IMG/VR virus record: IMGVR_UViG_3300037400_001134
Coordinates: 11,059-75,058 of that record
Source: a virus
Lineage: Duplodnaviria; Caudoviricetes
Length of the DNA stretch: 64,000 nt
Strand: one strand, 5' to 3'
Part shown: piece after piece, positions 47,028 through 57,741 of the stretch
Numbering within the stretch: position 1 is the first letter of the stretch
Layout of the letters: each line of letters opens with the position of its first letter
Position numbers and translations under genes: made by a program
The notes under the pieces: model-generated
Databases searched by the model: none
What the model was told of the DNA's origin: nothing
Seen by the model: the letters and a program-made list of their open reading frames with translations, nothing else

Positions 47028-49325
47028 ATGCCGTTATTTGATATATCTGAGACAAGCTCTAAAGCTAAAGATGTGGAGCTATTAAAGAAATCAAAGACAA
47101 GGGCGAAAGCAATTACCACTACTAAATCTAGTAGTGGTAATCTTGTCAATAAGATAAAATCCATTGTCGCAATGGTAGAAACACATCTCGGTAAATATAG
47201 AGATGAGACATTACTGATACAAGATGAGGAGACATTACATAGCTATATAGATAAATGTATAGAAAATGGCATATATGCAATAGATACTGAAACAACAGGA
47301 TTAGACCCACTACTTGATATGTTAGTAGGTGTTGGTATATATACCCCTGGTGAGAAAACTACATATATACCTATAAATCATTTATCTTATATCACAGGTC
47401 AGAAAGTAAAGAATCAGTTGCCTGCAGAAATAGTTGGTAAAGAGCTTGCAAGACTTGATGGTATAGACAGTGATATGTTTAATGCTACATTCGATATCAG
47501 AGTGTTAAAGCATGGTACTGGCACAAGATTAAAATGTACATGGGATTCATATTTAGCTTCAAGATGTTTAAATGAGAATGAGCCTAATAAAGGTCTTAAA
47601 AAACTTCATCTGAAATATGTATTAAGGGGTGAAGAGGATGCTTTTAAGTTTGATGAGTTGTTTAAAGGCATAAACTTTGCATATATACCTATAAACACAG
47701 CCGCATTATATGCCGCTCATGACCCTAAGATTACATATGAATATGCAGATTATCAGCGAGAGGTATTCAGAACAAGGGAGAATTTGAAAGATGTGTATTG
47801 GGTATTCAAGAATATAGAAATGCCTTGTGTTGATGCAGTAGTAGATTTGGAAGATACCGGTGTAGCTTTTGATATCGAGTATAATGAGGAACTTAAAAGA
47901 AAATATCATGCGATACTTGATGAGAAAGAAGCAAACTTCCATAAGCTCTGTGAGATGTACAAAGATGAAATTGATAATTATAGTGGTACAGTAAAACTAG
48001 ATACCCCTATAAATATTCAATCAGTACCTCAGTTACAAGCTCTACTATATGATATAGCAAAGATAGAACCAGTTATAGATAAAAAGACAAAGAAACCAAC
48101 AAGAAGCACATCAGAAGAGACTCTACAGAAACTAAAGAATCCTTTAGCAGATGCAATACTGGAATATCGTTCATTCTCAACATTAGTAAGTACATTTATA
48201 GATAAACTTCCAGAGTGTATAAACCCTAATGATGGTCGAATACATTGTAAGTTTAATCAGTATGGTGCAGATACAGGACGATTTAGTTCACAAGACCCAA
48301 ACTTGCAGAACATTCCATCACACAATAAAGATATCAGAAAAATGTTCAAAGCTACAGATGGCTACATAATGATGAGTGCTGACTACTCACAGCAGGAAAT
48401 CAAAGGTATGGCACAGATGTGCGGAGATGAGGGTATGATAGAAGCATTTAGACAAGGTAAAGACTTCTATGCTGAGATTGCATCAGTAGCATTTGGATAT
48501 CCTTATGAAGAGTGTCGAGAGTTCAGACCTGATGGTACAACTAATCCTGATGGTAAAGCAAGACGAGCCCAAGCAAAGAGTATTCTGTTAGGTATAAACT
48601 ATGGTAGAGGTGCTGCCAGTATTGCTGAACAGATAGGTTGTACTAAAGCAGAAGCGGAGAAGATAAAAGATGATGTATTTACAGGATTCCCTGCTATAGC
48701 AGAGTTTGAACGTCAGAGTATAGAGATGGCTGAAACTGTAGGATATGTCACAACTCTTTGGGGTAGAAAAAGAAGATTGCCGTCAATGATGTTACCTGAC
48801 TATGAGTTTCAATGGGAAGAAAGTAAATTACCTTTTAATGATGACCCTCTTGATTTTGATGATGAGGAAGAAGCTCCAGAGATTCCTGATAGTGTTATCA
48901 ATAAGTATCTCAGAAAGCTATCTAAATGTTGGGGTAGTCAAAAACGAAAGGTGTTTGAAGAAGCTAGAGCCGATGGCATAATGATTATAGACCATACGAA
49001 AGATAAAGACTACACAAAGATAGTTAATGCTAGAGTGCAAGGTACCGCAGCGGATATGTCAAAGTTGGCTATGATAGCTCTCAATAAAAATGAGAGATTG
49101 AAAGAGCTAGGATTTAGAATGTTGATACCTATACATGATGAGATACTAGCAGAATGTCCTGAAGAAAATGCGGCAGAAGTCATACCACTATTTGCAAAAA
49201 TAATGTCAGAAGCCCCAGGTGAAAGATTTGTAGTGCCTATTTCCTGCGACGTTGAAGTGACACACCGTTGGTATGGTAAGAAGTATCATCTTGTAGATGG
49301 AAAGTTAGTTGAGGAGACAGAATGA
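47028..49325 (+). CDS. DNA polymerase, family A (3'-5' exo + pol)
   Basis: AIDTETTG, FNATFD, YAAHD; TGRFSS..PNLQNIP, SADYSQQEI, RAQAKSILLGINYG, IHDEI. Confidence 0.95.
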   Translation: MPLFDISETSSKAKDVELLKKSKTRAKAITTTKSSSGNLVNKIKSIVAMVETHLGKYRDETLLIQDEETLHSYIDKCIENGIYAIDTETTGLDPLLDMLVGVGIYTPGEKTTYIPINHLSYITGQKVKNQLPAEIVGKELARLDGIDSDMFNATFDIRVLKHGTGTRLKCTWDSYLASRCLNENEPNKGLKKLHLKYVLRGEEDAFKFDELFKGINFAYIPINTAALYAAHDPKITYEYADYQREVFRTRENLKDVYWVFKNIEMPCVDAVVDLEDTGVAFDIEYNEELKRKYHAILDEKEANFHKLCEMYKDEIDNYSGTVKLDTPINIQSVPQLQALLYDIAKIEPVIDKKTKKPTRSTSEETLQKLKNPLADAILEYRSFSTLVSTFIDKLPECINPNDGRIHCKFNQYGADTGRFSSQDPNLQNIPSHNKDIRKMFKATDGYIMMSADYSQQEIKGMAQMCGDEGMIEAFRQGKDFYAEIASVAFGYPYEECREFRPDGTTNPDGKARRAQAKSILLGINYGRGAASIAEQIGCTKAEAEKIKDDVFTGFPAIAEFERQSIEMAETVGYVTTLWGRKRRLPSMMLPDYEFQWEESKLPFNDDPLDFDDEEEAPEIPDSVINKYLRKLSKCWGSQKRKVFEEARADGIMIIDHTKDKDYTKIVNARVQGTAADMSKLAMIALNKNERLKELGFRMLIPIHDEILAECPEENAAEVIPLFAKIMSEAPGERFVVPISCDVEVTHRWYGKKYHLVDGKLVEETE

Positions 49326-50179
49326 ATTTTGCAGTATTTATATTATCACATAAAAGAGTCGAAAGAGTTGAGACATTAGATACTTTACAGAAAGCAGGAT
49401 ATACAGGTAAAATATATATTGTAGTTGATGATGAAGACCCTCAGCTTGATATGTATAAGTCAAGATTCAATGATAGGGAAGATGTTGAGTTATTAGTATT
49501 TGGCAAACAACCTATGATTGATATTGCTGACACTGTATATCCTGAAAAGAAAAGAAGTTCAGCATTATATGCCCGTAACTTTATAGAGAGCATGGCAAAT
49601 ATATTTAGATTAGATATATTTGCCATGATGGATGATGATATAACATCATTAAGATTTAGATGGGTAGAAAATAATTCTGTAAAGTCACAAGTTGTAAATT
49701 CTACAATGGATGAAGTGTTTGAATATTATGGGCAGTATATGTTAGATGCAGATATTGCCACAACATCTTTTCCATTCAGTATGTTCTATATTTCAGGTAC
49801 AAGTGGATTAGATAAAAAGATTACAGAAAGCAGACATACATACCAGATACACATAAGAAATACAAATTTTCCTGTTGATTGGGTGTCTGTAATAAATCAA
49901 GATACAATTACACAGTTACAGACAATGCAAGTAGGATATATATGGTGGTCAATTCCTTATTTAGTGTTTGACGCAGAACCAATGAATAGTAAACCAGGTG
50001 GATTAAAGTCTGTATATGATAGTATAAAAGATTTTGATATGGCATTTCTCGCAGTAATTTCTAATCCTAGTTGTTGTAAAGTAGCTTATTCTAGTGGTCC
50101 TAGAAGTACAATGCAGATAAAAGAAGATAAGCACACAAGTTATCCTATGATTGTTAGTGAAAGGTATATGAAACTATGA
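49322..50179 (+). CDS. glycosyltransferase, TET-associated (TAGT/GREB1-like) type, copy A
   Basis: ILSHKR, GYTGKIYIVVDDED, YARN, MMDDD, KPGGLKSVY. Confidence 0.75.
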   Translation: MNFAVFILSHKRVERVETLDTLQKAGYTGKIYIVVDDEDPQLDMYKSRFNDREDVELLVFGKQPMIDIADTVYPEKKRSSALYARNFIESMANIFRLDIFAMMDDDITSLRFRWVENNSVKSQVVNSTMDEVFEYYGQYMLDADIATTSFPFSMFYISGTSGLDKKITESRHTYQIHIRNTNFPVDWVSVINQDTITQLQTMQVGYIWWSIPYLVFDAEPMNSKPGGLKSVYDSIKDFDMAFLAVISNPSCCKVAYSSGPRSTMQIKEDKHTSYPMIVSERYMKL

Positions 50180-51015
50180 TTGTGTATATAAAAACACATG
50201 GCAGACCAGGTAATCAGTTGACTTACAATACTCTACGAGAAGCTGGCTACACAGGAGATATAGTCTTAGTCATAGATAATGAAGATGAGTGTGGTGCAGG
50301 ATATTTAGAGTTCGTGAAACATGATGACAGACTATGGTTGCACATCTTTGATAAACAAAAATTGGTAGATGAAATAGATAGTGGCACAAATATTCCTAAA
50401 AGAGATGTGAATTTATATGCTTGGGTTGCTTGTGAGAGATTTGCAAAACAAGATGGTAATGATTTCTTCATAATGGCAGATGACGATATAACAAGATTTA
50501 GGTACAGATATCTTGAAGATAATCATTTAAAGTCAACACCTATAACACAGAATCTTGACAGAGTATTTGAGCATATTCAGAATTATATGGAATGCTCCAA
50601 TATAGCCGCTGCCAGCACAGGAATACCTCAAATGTACTTCTCTAAAGAGTTAGACGAAAATCTGTGGAAATACAGAGTGGTGTATCAATTCGTATTCAGA
50701 AATCCTAAATTTGATATGAATTGGGTGTCTGAATATGAAGAGGATATAATAACATCCATCAATATGTCAAAAGAGGGTAAGTATGTCACTTGTCTACCAA
50801 TGATTCAGCATGATGCAATAGCTTTAGGTAAAGCATCTGGTGGTATGAAGGATATGTATGATGAGAATAATACTAGATTTAGATTAGCTGAATATGGTCA
50901 CATATTTAATCCTTCATGCGAGATAATGAATTTCTATAAAGGTAAGTGGATAACGAATATCAAGAGAAATAATGCTTTTCAGAAATTAGTGAGTTCCAGT
51001 CGTAAAAAGAAATAA
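50176..51015 (+). CDS. glycosyltransferase, TAGT-like, copy B
   Basis: KTHGR, GYTGDIVLVIDNED, MADDD, EYEED, SGGMKDMY. Confidence 0.75.
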   Translation: MIVYIKTHGRPGNQLTYNTLREAGYTGDIVLVIDNEDECGAGYLEFVKHDDRLWLHIFDKQKLVDEIDSGTNIPKRDVNLYAWVACERFAKQDGNDFFIMADDDITRFRYRYLEDNHLKSTPITQNLDRVFEHIQNYMECSNIAAASTGIPQMYFSKELDENLWKYRVVYQFVFRNPKFDMNWVSEYEEDIITSINMSKEGKYVTCLPMIQHDAIALGKASGGMKDMYDENNTRFRLAEYGHIFNPSCEIMNFYKGKWITNIKRNNAFQKLVSSSRKKK

Positions 51016-51068
51016 GATGTTATATAATATTTAAGTACGAGAGATTTAAAAAACGAGAGGAGAAACAC

Positions 51069-51563
51069 ATGAAACAATTATTTGCTGATGACAGCGCAAA
51101 GAAAAATCCTATGGGGGATGACACAAAGTATTCTAGGGCAATACGAGTTCCACAGTATGAACCTAAGAGTGAGAAACCCAGTCTTGAATCAGTTTATGAC
51201 CTTACGAAGTATAGTAAGCTCATGGCTAGAATCAACAAATCTAATGTATCAGAAGAAGAAAAGAAATTCTTAAAATTCGCCGCTACAAGACATATTGTAT
51301 TCACTTATAGCAAGATAGCAGATTATTATGCCCATGCAAGTAAGGAGATGCAGGAGCTGATGGAAGAGTCAGCATTAGTAATTATTGATATTGATGATGC
51401 AATAGCTAATGGTTATGTAGCTCTTTCAGAGAAGATGCAACAACTTATTGATGAGGAAAAAGCTAGAGATGCAAAGGCAAAAGAGGCAAGTAATATTCTG
51501 AAAGCTCAAAGAGAATTAGCAGAGAAGAAGGCTAAGGAGAAGAAGGATGAGCAGAAGTCTTGA
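51069..51563 (+). CDS. conserved helical protein associated with TAGT genes
   Basis: KYSRAIRVPQYEP...FLKFAATRHIVFTYSKIADYYAHAS.EMQ.LMEESALVIID.D.AI..GYV; recognised as a recurrent neighbour of such GTs; function unknown. Confidence 0.6.
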   Translation: MKQLFADDSAKKNPMGDDTKYSRAIRVPQYEPKSEKPSLESVYDLTKYSKLMARINKSNVSEEEKKFLKFAATRHIVFTYSKIADYYAHASKEMQELMEESALVIIDIDDAIANGYVALSEKMQQLIDEEKARDAKAKEASNILKAQRELAEKKAKEKKDEQKS

Positions 51564-52419
51564 TGATTTTGCAGTATTAGTTTTAACTCATGGCAGAGCA
51601 GAGAATGTTCCTACATATGGCACATTAAGAAAATATGGATATACTGGCAGAATAATAATGGTAGTAGATGATGAAGACCCAGATTTAGAAAATTATATGT
51701 CAGTATATGGTAAAGATAATGTGGCAGTATTCTCTAAAGATGAAGTTGTAAAGAAATTTGATACAATGGATATTCCTAAGCACCGTAAATGTATCGTGTA
51801 TGCTAGAAATGCGAGCTATGATATTGCAGAACGACTTGGTCTAAAGTATTTTGCACAGTATGATGATGACTATGTGACAAATCCTTATAGATGGCAAGAG
51901 GGAGAAACTTTATACAGAAGTACACTAGCAAATCTTGATGAAGTATTTAAGGCACACATAGATTTTCTTGAAACTAACCCTAACATATATACTGTAGCGT
52001 TTGGTCAAGCAGGAGATTTTATAGGCGGGGTAGGTAGTAATCTTGTGAAACATAAGTGGTTGAGAAAGGCCATGAATAGCTTTATATGCAAGACTGATAG
52101 GAGAATACAGTTTAATGGCACTATAAATGAAGATGTGAATGCCTATGTATTAAATGGTTCAAGAGGACAGATATACTTAACATTTGATTTTATGATGATT
52201 GACCAAGCTGAAACACAGACTCAAAAAGGTGGTATGGCAGACTTATATTTAGGTGTAGGTACATATCAAAAATCATTTTATACAGTCTTATGTAGTCCAT
52301 CATGCGTTAAAGTAGGTATGATGGGAGATAGACATTATCGTATGCATCACAACATTGATTGGGATAATGCAGTTCCAAAAATAATATCAGATAGATATAA
52401 ATTAAAGGAGGAAAAGTGA
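51547..52419 (+). CDS. glycosyltransferase, TAGT-like, copy C
   Basis: VLTHGR, GYTGRIIMVVDDED, YARN, QYDDD, FNGTINEDVNAY, TQKGGMADLY. Confidence 0.8.
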   Translation: MSRSLDDFAVLVLTHGRAENVPTYGTLRKYGYTGRIIMVVDDEDPDLENYMSVYGKDNVAVFSKDEVVKKFDTMDIPKHRKCIVYARNASYDIAERLGLKYFAQYDDDYVTNPYRWQEGETLYRSTLANLDEVFKAHIDFLETNPNIYTVAFGQAGDFIGGVGSNLVKHKWLRKAMNSFICKTDRRIQFNGTINEDVNAYVLNGSRGQIYLTFDFMMIDQAETQTQKGGMADLYLGVGTYQKSFYTVLCSPSCVKVGMMGDRHYRMHHNIDWDNAVPKIISDRYKLKEEK

Positions 52420-53528
52420 TGAAATTCACAACAAACACAGCCCAGTTTCAGAACATGGTAGCAAAAGCAGTAAAGGGAGCAGGTATGAGTAATGATTTAT
52501 TTATCACTCAGCTTATGTCAATTTCATTAAGTGATAACAGATTGACATTGACAACTACAGATAACAATAACTATCTGTATGTAAGACAGGAGAAAGTGGC
52601 AGGAGATGACTTCAATGTAGTAGTTCCTGTAGATAAGTTCTCTAAACTCATTTCTAAACTTACTTGCCCAGAGGTGACATTAGAAGTGCAGTCAAAAGAT
52701 GGTGAGTTAGATAAGCTCGTAATCAAAGGTAATGGTAGATATGTGATTGAATTACCTTATGATGAGAGCGGTGAGCTTATTGATTATCCTGACCCATTAT
52801 CAGATACAGATGGAGATTTCTGGAGTAGTGGAGAAGTTCAGTTGACTACTATCAGACACATACTCAATACAGCAAAGGCAGCACTTCTTGTAGGAAGAGA
52901 TGATATGTGCTATTCAGATTATTACTGTGGAGAAAGAGTAGTTGCTACAGATACTTATAAGATTTGTGGTATTGATGTTAAGCTCTTTGATGAGCCTAAG
53001 TTAATCTCACCTCAGCTTATGGATTTACTTGATGTAATGTCACAGGAGAACATTGATGTGAGATATAAAGATGATGTAGTAATCTTTGAAACATCAGATG
53101 TAACAGTATATGGTCTTGTAGATGAGGGTGTAGAAGATTATAAGATTGATGCAATCAGTGGACTTCTTGATGAACAGTTCCCTAGCTCATGTAAGATTGA
53201 AAAGCAGCCATTGATGCAAATGTTAGACCGTCTTTCTCTTTTCGTTGACACATTCGATAAGAATAGTGTATATCTCACATTCACTAAAGAGGGCATGATG
53301 GTATCATCAAAGCAGGATAGTGGTGAAGAAGTTATTTCATATAAGGAGAGTAATAACTTTAGTGATTATACCTGCTGTCTTGATATTGACCTCTTTAAGA
53401 CTCAGGTTAAAGCATATCAGGATGATATTATTGAGATTCTTTATGGTAAAGAGAATAGCATTAAGCTAGCCCTCAATAATACGAAGCAGATTGTGGCTCT
53501 TGCAGATGATGATAGGGATGCTGAGTGA
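52416..53528 (+). CDS. dnaN: DNA polymerase sliding clamp (beta-clamp-like)
   Basis: 370 aa, three-domain periodicity; LTLTTTD, VVATDTYKI, LMQMLDRLSLF. Confidence 0.8.
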   Translation: MMKFTTNTAQFQNMVAKAVKGAGMSNDLFITQLMSISLSDNRLTLTTTDNNNYLYVRQEKVAGDDFNVVVPVDKFSKLISKLTCPEVTLEVQSKDGELDKLVIKGNGRYVIELPYDESGELIDYPDPLSDTDGDFWSSGEVQLTTIRHILNTAKAALLVGRDDMCYSDYYCGERVVATDTYKICGIDVKLFDEPKLISPQLMDLLDVMSQENIDVRYKDDVVIFETSDVTVYGLVDEGVEDYKIDAISGLLDEQFPSSCKIEKQPLMQMLDRLSLFVDTFDKNSVYLTFTKEGMMVSSKQDSGEEVISYKESNNFSDYTCCLDIDLFKTQVKAYQDDIIEILYGKENSIKLALNNTKQIVALADDDRDAE

Positions 53529-53539
53529 TACTTAAACAT

Positions 53540-53571
53540 AAGAGGGAGAGTTAATAGCTCTCCCTTATTTT
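53540..53571 (+). terminator. intrinsic terminator
   Basis: GGGAGAG-TTAATAG-CTCTCCC then TTATTTT. Confidence 0.7.
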
Positions 53572-53587
53572 GACTAAAGGGGAATAT

Positions 53588-54391
53588 ATGAGCAGAACAA
53601 GTTTAAAGAACGTTAGTAGATTGATACAGTTGGCAGAAGATGAAGAGAAGCAGTCAGTTGGTCAATCATTTTTAGAAGATTTTAAAAGGTCAATAGAGAT
53701 TGAATCAGAGCAGAATAGTGGATTGCCATCTCCAACATTTAAACCGTCGTCATTAAATTGTAAAAGAGGATGCTATTATCAGATAATGCAAGTACAACCT
53801 GATGAGGGACATTCATCTTTCAATATGATTGGTATATGCAATAGTGGTAGTGATATCCATGTAAGAGTTCAGACCGCAGTAATGAAGATGAAAGAGATGG
53901 GTATGGACTGTGAATGGATAGATGTAGAAACCTATATCAAAGAGAATAACCTGGATTATCTTATTGTGAGGGAGAAAAAGGGTACAGAGACAAAACTTTA
54001 TGATACCAGATATGGCACATATATTAGCTTCATGTGTGATGGCATTATAAAATATAAGGGCAAATATTATATTTTAGAAATTAAGACAGAGAGTAGTAAT
54101 AAGTGGTATGGCAGAACAGATGTGGACCCTAAACATCATCATCAAGCTATATCATATTCTAATAGCTTTAAAATAGATACAGTATTGTTCTTATACGTAG
54201 AGAGAGACTTATTAAACTGTAAATGCTATGAATTTAATGTTACAAACGAAATGAGGCACAATCTAGTATCATTCTTAAATGAAGTGCAGGGTTATGTAGA
54301 GAGAAAGATAGCTCCACCTAAGCAAGATGATTTGCCAAAGAATATTTGTAGATACTGCCAATATCAAACACAGTGTAAAAAGGACTGTTGA
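53588..54391 (+). CDS. Cas4-like PD-(D/E)XK exonuclease (start revised from 53570 to 53588)
   Basis: KPSSLNCKR, GSDIH, CDGII...LEIKT, HQAISY, CRYCQYQTQC Fe-S cysteines. Confidence 0.85.
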   Translation: MSRTSLKNVSRLIQLAEDEEKQSVGQSFLEDFKRSIEIESEQNSGLPSPTFKPSSLNCKRGCYYQIMQVQPDEGHSSFNMIGICNSGSDIHVRVQTAVMKMKEMGMDCEWIDVETYIKENNLDYLIVREKKGTETKLYDTRYGTYISFMCDGIIKYKGKYYILEIKTESSNKWYGRTDVDPKHHHQAISYSNSFKIDTVLFLYVERDLLNCKCYEFNVTNEMRHNLVSFLNEVQGYVERKIAPPKQDDLPKNICRYCQYQTQCKKDC

Positions 54392-54454
54392 GTTACTTTT
54401 TAGCATTGACTTAATTAGTATGGTGAACTATAATGTGTGAAAGGAGATACTTAT

Positions 54455-55366
54455 ATGAATAACACCACATTATATGTTCACATTACTCCATCTAATAAAT
54501 ATTATATAGGCATAACTCAAAAACCTATAAAAGAAAGATGGGGTGCTAATGGAAAAGGATACTATGGTCAACAATTATTTTATCGTGCAATTAAAAAATA
54601 TGGATGGAATAATATTCAACATATAATACTAATGGAAAATTTAGATAGGGAAGAGGCGTGTGAGTGCGAAAAATATCTTATAGCTAAATATCATACTACG
54701 GATCCGAGATACGGATATAATATATCTTATGGTGGTGATATTGTGCAAACAGGTTTAGTTAGGAATGAAGCTCAAAGAAAACATATTAGTGATGCACATA
54801 AAGGTTTACCACTTACACAGCCTCAATTAGATAATTTAAAATTGATACATCAAAATAATACAGGAAAACATTTATCAGATGAACATAAGCAAAAGTTAAG
54901 TAAGGCACTTACAGGTAAAAAGAGGAGTGAGGAATCAAGAAAGCATATTAGTGAGGCTAAAAAAGGACATATTCCTTGGAATAAAGGTAAACATATGTCC
55001 GAAGAGACTAAAGAAAAGTTAAGGCAAGCTAATCTAGGCAACAGATTATCCGAAGAAACAAAGCGGAAGATTAGTGAGTCAAATAAGGGTAAAAGGTCAG
55101 GTATAAAACTATCAGAAGATACTCGAAACAAGATAAGTGCTTCCAATAAAGGTAAACACGCCTACAATAAAGGAAAGGCTATGTCCGAAGAAACAAAGAA
55201 AAAATTATCCATAAGTATTAGAAAAAGTCTGAAAGATAAAGATTTTTCAGGAGCTAATAATGGTTTTTATGGCAAGCATCATTCACCAGAAACTATTGAG
55301 AAAATACGAAAAGCTAGTATTGAACGGGCTGCGAAAGTTAGAGAGGAGAAATCATATGGCGGTTAA
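54455..55366 (+). mobile_element. GIY-YIG/NUMOD3 homing endonuclease (start revised from 54437 to 54455)
   Basis: LYVHITPSNKYYIG...ERWG...ACECEKYLI; many NUMOD3 repeats; own promoter TTGACT-17-TATAAT at about 54405-54433. Confidence 0.88.
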
Positions 55367-55853
55367 TAAAGGTAAAAGTTTTGAAGGTATTGTTAGGGAA
55401 GCATTTGAGCAAGTTCCTGATACTATAGTTTATAGGCTGAATGATAGTATGTCTGGATTTAAGGGGGTAAAAACTCCATGTGATTTCTTTGTGTATCATA
55501 GACCAATTTTATATGCCATAGAGTGTAAGTCAACAAATAATCCATCTCTTCCATTCACTAATATAACAGAGTTTCAGTGGACACATCTGTTAAGAATGGC
55601 AGAAGTAACAGGAGTTGTTGCAGGCATACTTTGTTGGTACACAAATTATGACCGCACAATATTTATACCAATTCATTTCTTAGAAACTCTGAAACAGAAT
55701 GGAGCAAAAAGTATTAGATATGATGCTGATGACCCAGCTATTATAGATATAAGAGGCAAAAAGAAACGTGTGTTCTGGACCTATGATATGAACAGCTTGT
55801 TCCTGTCGATAGAGCAGATGATTAGCGATATAATAAAAGAAAAACGAAAGTGA
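55356..55853 (+). CDS. recU: RecU-like Holliday junction resolvase (start revised from 55260 to 55356)
   Basis: NKGKSFE, TPCDF, AIECKST, EFQWTHL. Confidence 0.85.
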   Translation: MAVNKGKSFEGIVREAFEQVPDTIVYRLNDSMSGFKGVKTPCDFFVYHRPILYAIECKSTNNPSLPFTNITEFQWTHLLRMAEVTGVVAGILCWYTNYDRTIFIPIHFLETLKQNGAKSIRYDADDPAIIDIRGKKKRVFWTYDMNSLFLSIEQMISDIIKEKRK

Positions 55854-55859
55854 GACATT

Positions 55860-56069
55860 ATGGGAGAGTTAATCACATTTGAACGGGGTTGTAATCATTG
55901 TCAGAACTTAATACAGATAGGAAAGAATACATACATCTGTAGTGAGCGGGCACACATGGATGATAGTGATGTTGTACCTATAAGGGATGGTCAGAAAACA
56001 TCTGATTGGAACATATGTAATGGTGAGTGTTATGTTCGATTGATGAAATCTCACACTCATGCAAACTAA
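55860..56069 (+). CDS. small Cys-rich protein
   Basis: CNHC...YICSER...WNICNG. Confidence 0.6.
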   Translation: MGELITFERGCNHCQNLIQIGKNTYICSERAHMDDSDVVPIRDGQKTSDWNICNGECYVRLMKSHTHAN

Positions 56070-56079
56070 GGAGGGCAGT

Positions 56080-56577
56080 ATGATAGACAAGGAACTACTT
56101 GATAAAGTGGAAGAGAATTCAGCAGAGCTTGATAATACCATCAATGATATTATTGAAAGATATTCAGGAGAGCTTGATAACTATGTAGATTTTGTAAGGG
56201 GTATTCTTAAGGATGATAAGCAACCACCTACAGATGCAGAGCTTGATGATTTTATTCTTAACCTTTCAACTATGATTTACTACACAAGTGTAGGTGCAGA
56301 GCAGATGGGTATAAGAGATGACTTATCACATTCAGTATATAAAGAAGCGTATAATACCGCTCGTTCATTACAGAAGTCTGGTACAGTAGCAGATAAGAAT
56401 ACTCAGGCAGAGATAGACAGTACCACAGAAAGAGTGGTGAATATAGTATATAACAAGTCCTATAAGATTTTGAAAGCAAAAGTTGATTCCGCTCAAGAAT
56501 TACTATCGTCCTGCAAGAAAGTATTGAGCCGAAGAATGTCAGAAGCAGAATTGTCCATGATGCAGATAAATAAATAA
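56080..56577 (+). CDS. helical protein, possible recombination mediator (UvsY-like; start revised from 56059)
   Basis: All-helical, directly upstream of recA; function inferred from position. Confidence 0.5.
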   Translation: MIDKELLDKVEENSAELDNTINDIIERYSGELDNYVDFVRGILKDDKQPPTDAELDDFILNLSTMIYYTSVGAEQMGIRDDLSHSVYKEAYNTARSLQKSGTVADKNTQAEIDSTTERVVNIVYNKSYKILKAKVDSAQELLSSCKKVLSRRMSEAELSMMQINK

Positions 56578-56587
56578 GGAGATAACA

Positions 56588-57640
56588 ATGGCTAAAGATA
56601 AGAAATTGTCATTAGATGAAGTTATAAAGAAAATCAATAAAGATGCAGGAGCAGATATTGTAGGATATGGTATACCTAAGAGAGATTACACTAGAATACC
56701 ATTTACCTCACCTCGTATGAATTATTGTACTTATGGTGGTATACCTACAGGAAGAATCATAGAGTTCTTTGGTGAAGAAGGTGGGGGAAAGACCACATCA
56801 GCACTCGATATTGTAGGTAATTATCAGCGGATGCAGGCGAATGAAGAACATCCTAAGAAAGTAGTTTACTTTGATAATGAGAATACATTAGATGTAGAAT
56901 GGGCTGCAAAGTTAGGTGTAGATGTAGATTCACTAATACTTATTCAGCCAGAAGAACAGAACGCCGAGGAACTTCTTGAAGATGTTTTGGATATGATGAG
57001 AACAGGCGAAGTAGGGTTAGCAGTCATTGATTCAATAGCAGTATTAGTATCAGCGCAGGCTATGGATAAAACTGTAGCTGATAAAACATATGCAGGTATA
57101 TCTATGGCATTAACAACATTTGGTAATAAAGCTAATATGTTATGCAAACAGCATGATTGTACAGTAATAGGAATAAATCAGTTGAGAGATGATTTAGCCG
57201 CTATGTACGGTAATGCTACAAAGACACCTGGTGGAAGAGCATGGAAACACCTATGCTCAGTTAGACTACAGTTTACAAAGGGCGCATTTATTGATGAAAA
57301 GGGTAATGAAATAAAGCGTAGTTCAGAAAGTCCTGCTGGTAATAAAGTTCTTATGAGTATGGTAAAAAATAAGACTTGTCCATCAAATAGAAGAGGCGGT
57401 TACTATACAATAGATTATGCTAATGGTATAGATTATTTAGCAGACCTGTTAGAAGTAGCACTAAAGTATAATCTTATTCAGCAACATGGTGCATGGTTCT
57501 CAGTAGTAAATCCTGATACGGGAGATATACTTGCAGATAAGATACAAGGTATGGCTAATGTGAGAGAGTTCTTTATGGATGAAGAGCATGAGGACGTACT
57601 GACATTTGTAGAGGATTATATAGATAGTAAGATAGGATAA
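56588..57640 (+). CDS. recA: RecA/UvsX-family recombinase
   Basis: GGIPTGRIIEFFGEEGGGKTT, VIDSIAVL, INQLR, TPGGRAWKH, VKNKT. Confidence 0.95.
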   Translation: MAKDKKLSLDEVIKKINKDAGADIVGYGIPKRDYTRIPFTSPRMNYCTYGGIPTGRIIEFFGEEGGGKTTSALDIVGNYQRMQANEEHPKKVVYFDNENTLDVEWAAKLGVDVDSLILIQPEEQNAEELLEDVLDMMRTGEVGLAVIDSIAVLVSAQAMDKTVADKTYAGISMALTTFGNKANMLCKQHDCTVIGINQLRDDLAAMYGNATKTPGGRAWKHLCSVRLQFTKGAFIDEKGNEIKRSSESPAGNKVLMSMVKNKTCPSNRRGGYYTIDYANGIDYLADLLEVALKYNLIQQHGAWFSVVNPDTGDILADKIQGMANVREFFMDEEHEDVLTFVEDYIDSKIG

Positions 57641-57648
57641 AAGTTTTT

Positions 57649-57679
57649 AGCGGGATAGTTGATATCCCGCTTTACTTTT
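57649..57679 (+). terminator. intrinsic terminator
   Basis: AGCGGGATA-GTTGA-TATCCCGCT-TTACTTTT. Confidence 0.8.
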
Positions 57680-57741
57680 GCATAAATATGTTATAGAATG
57701 ATTACAGATATAAAAAATACGCATAAATGAAAGGAGAAGAA

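Noticed and set aside
53588-54391. CRISPR adaptation Cas4
   Set aside because: Solitary Cas4-like nucleases are common phage recombination enzymes, and there is no cas1/cas2 or array nearby.
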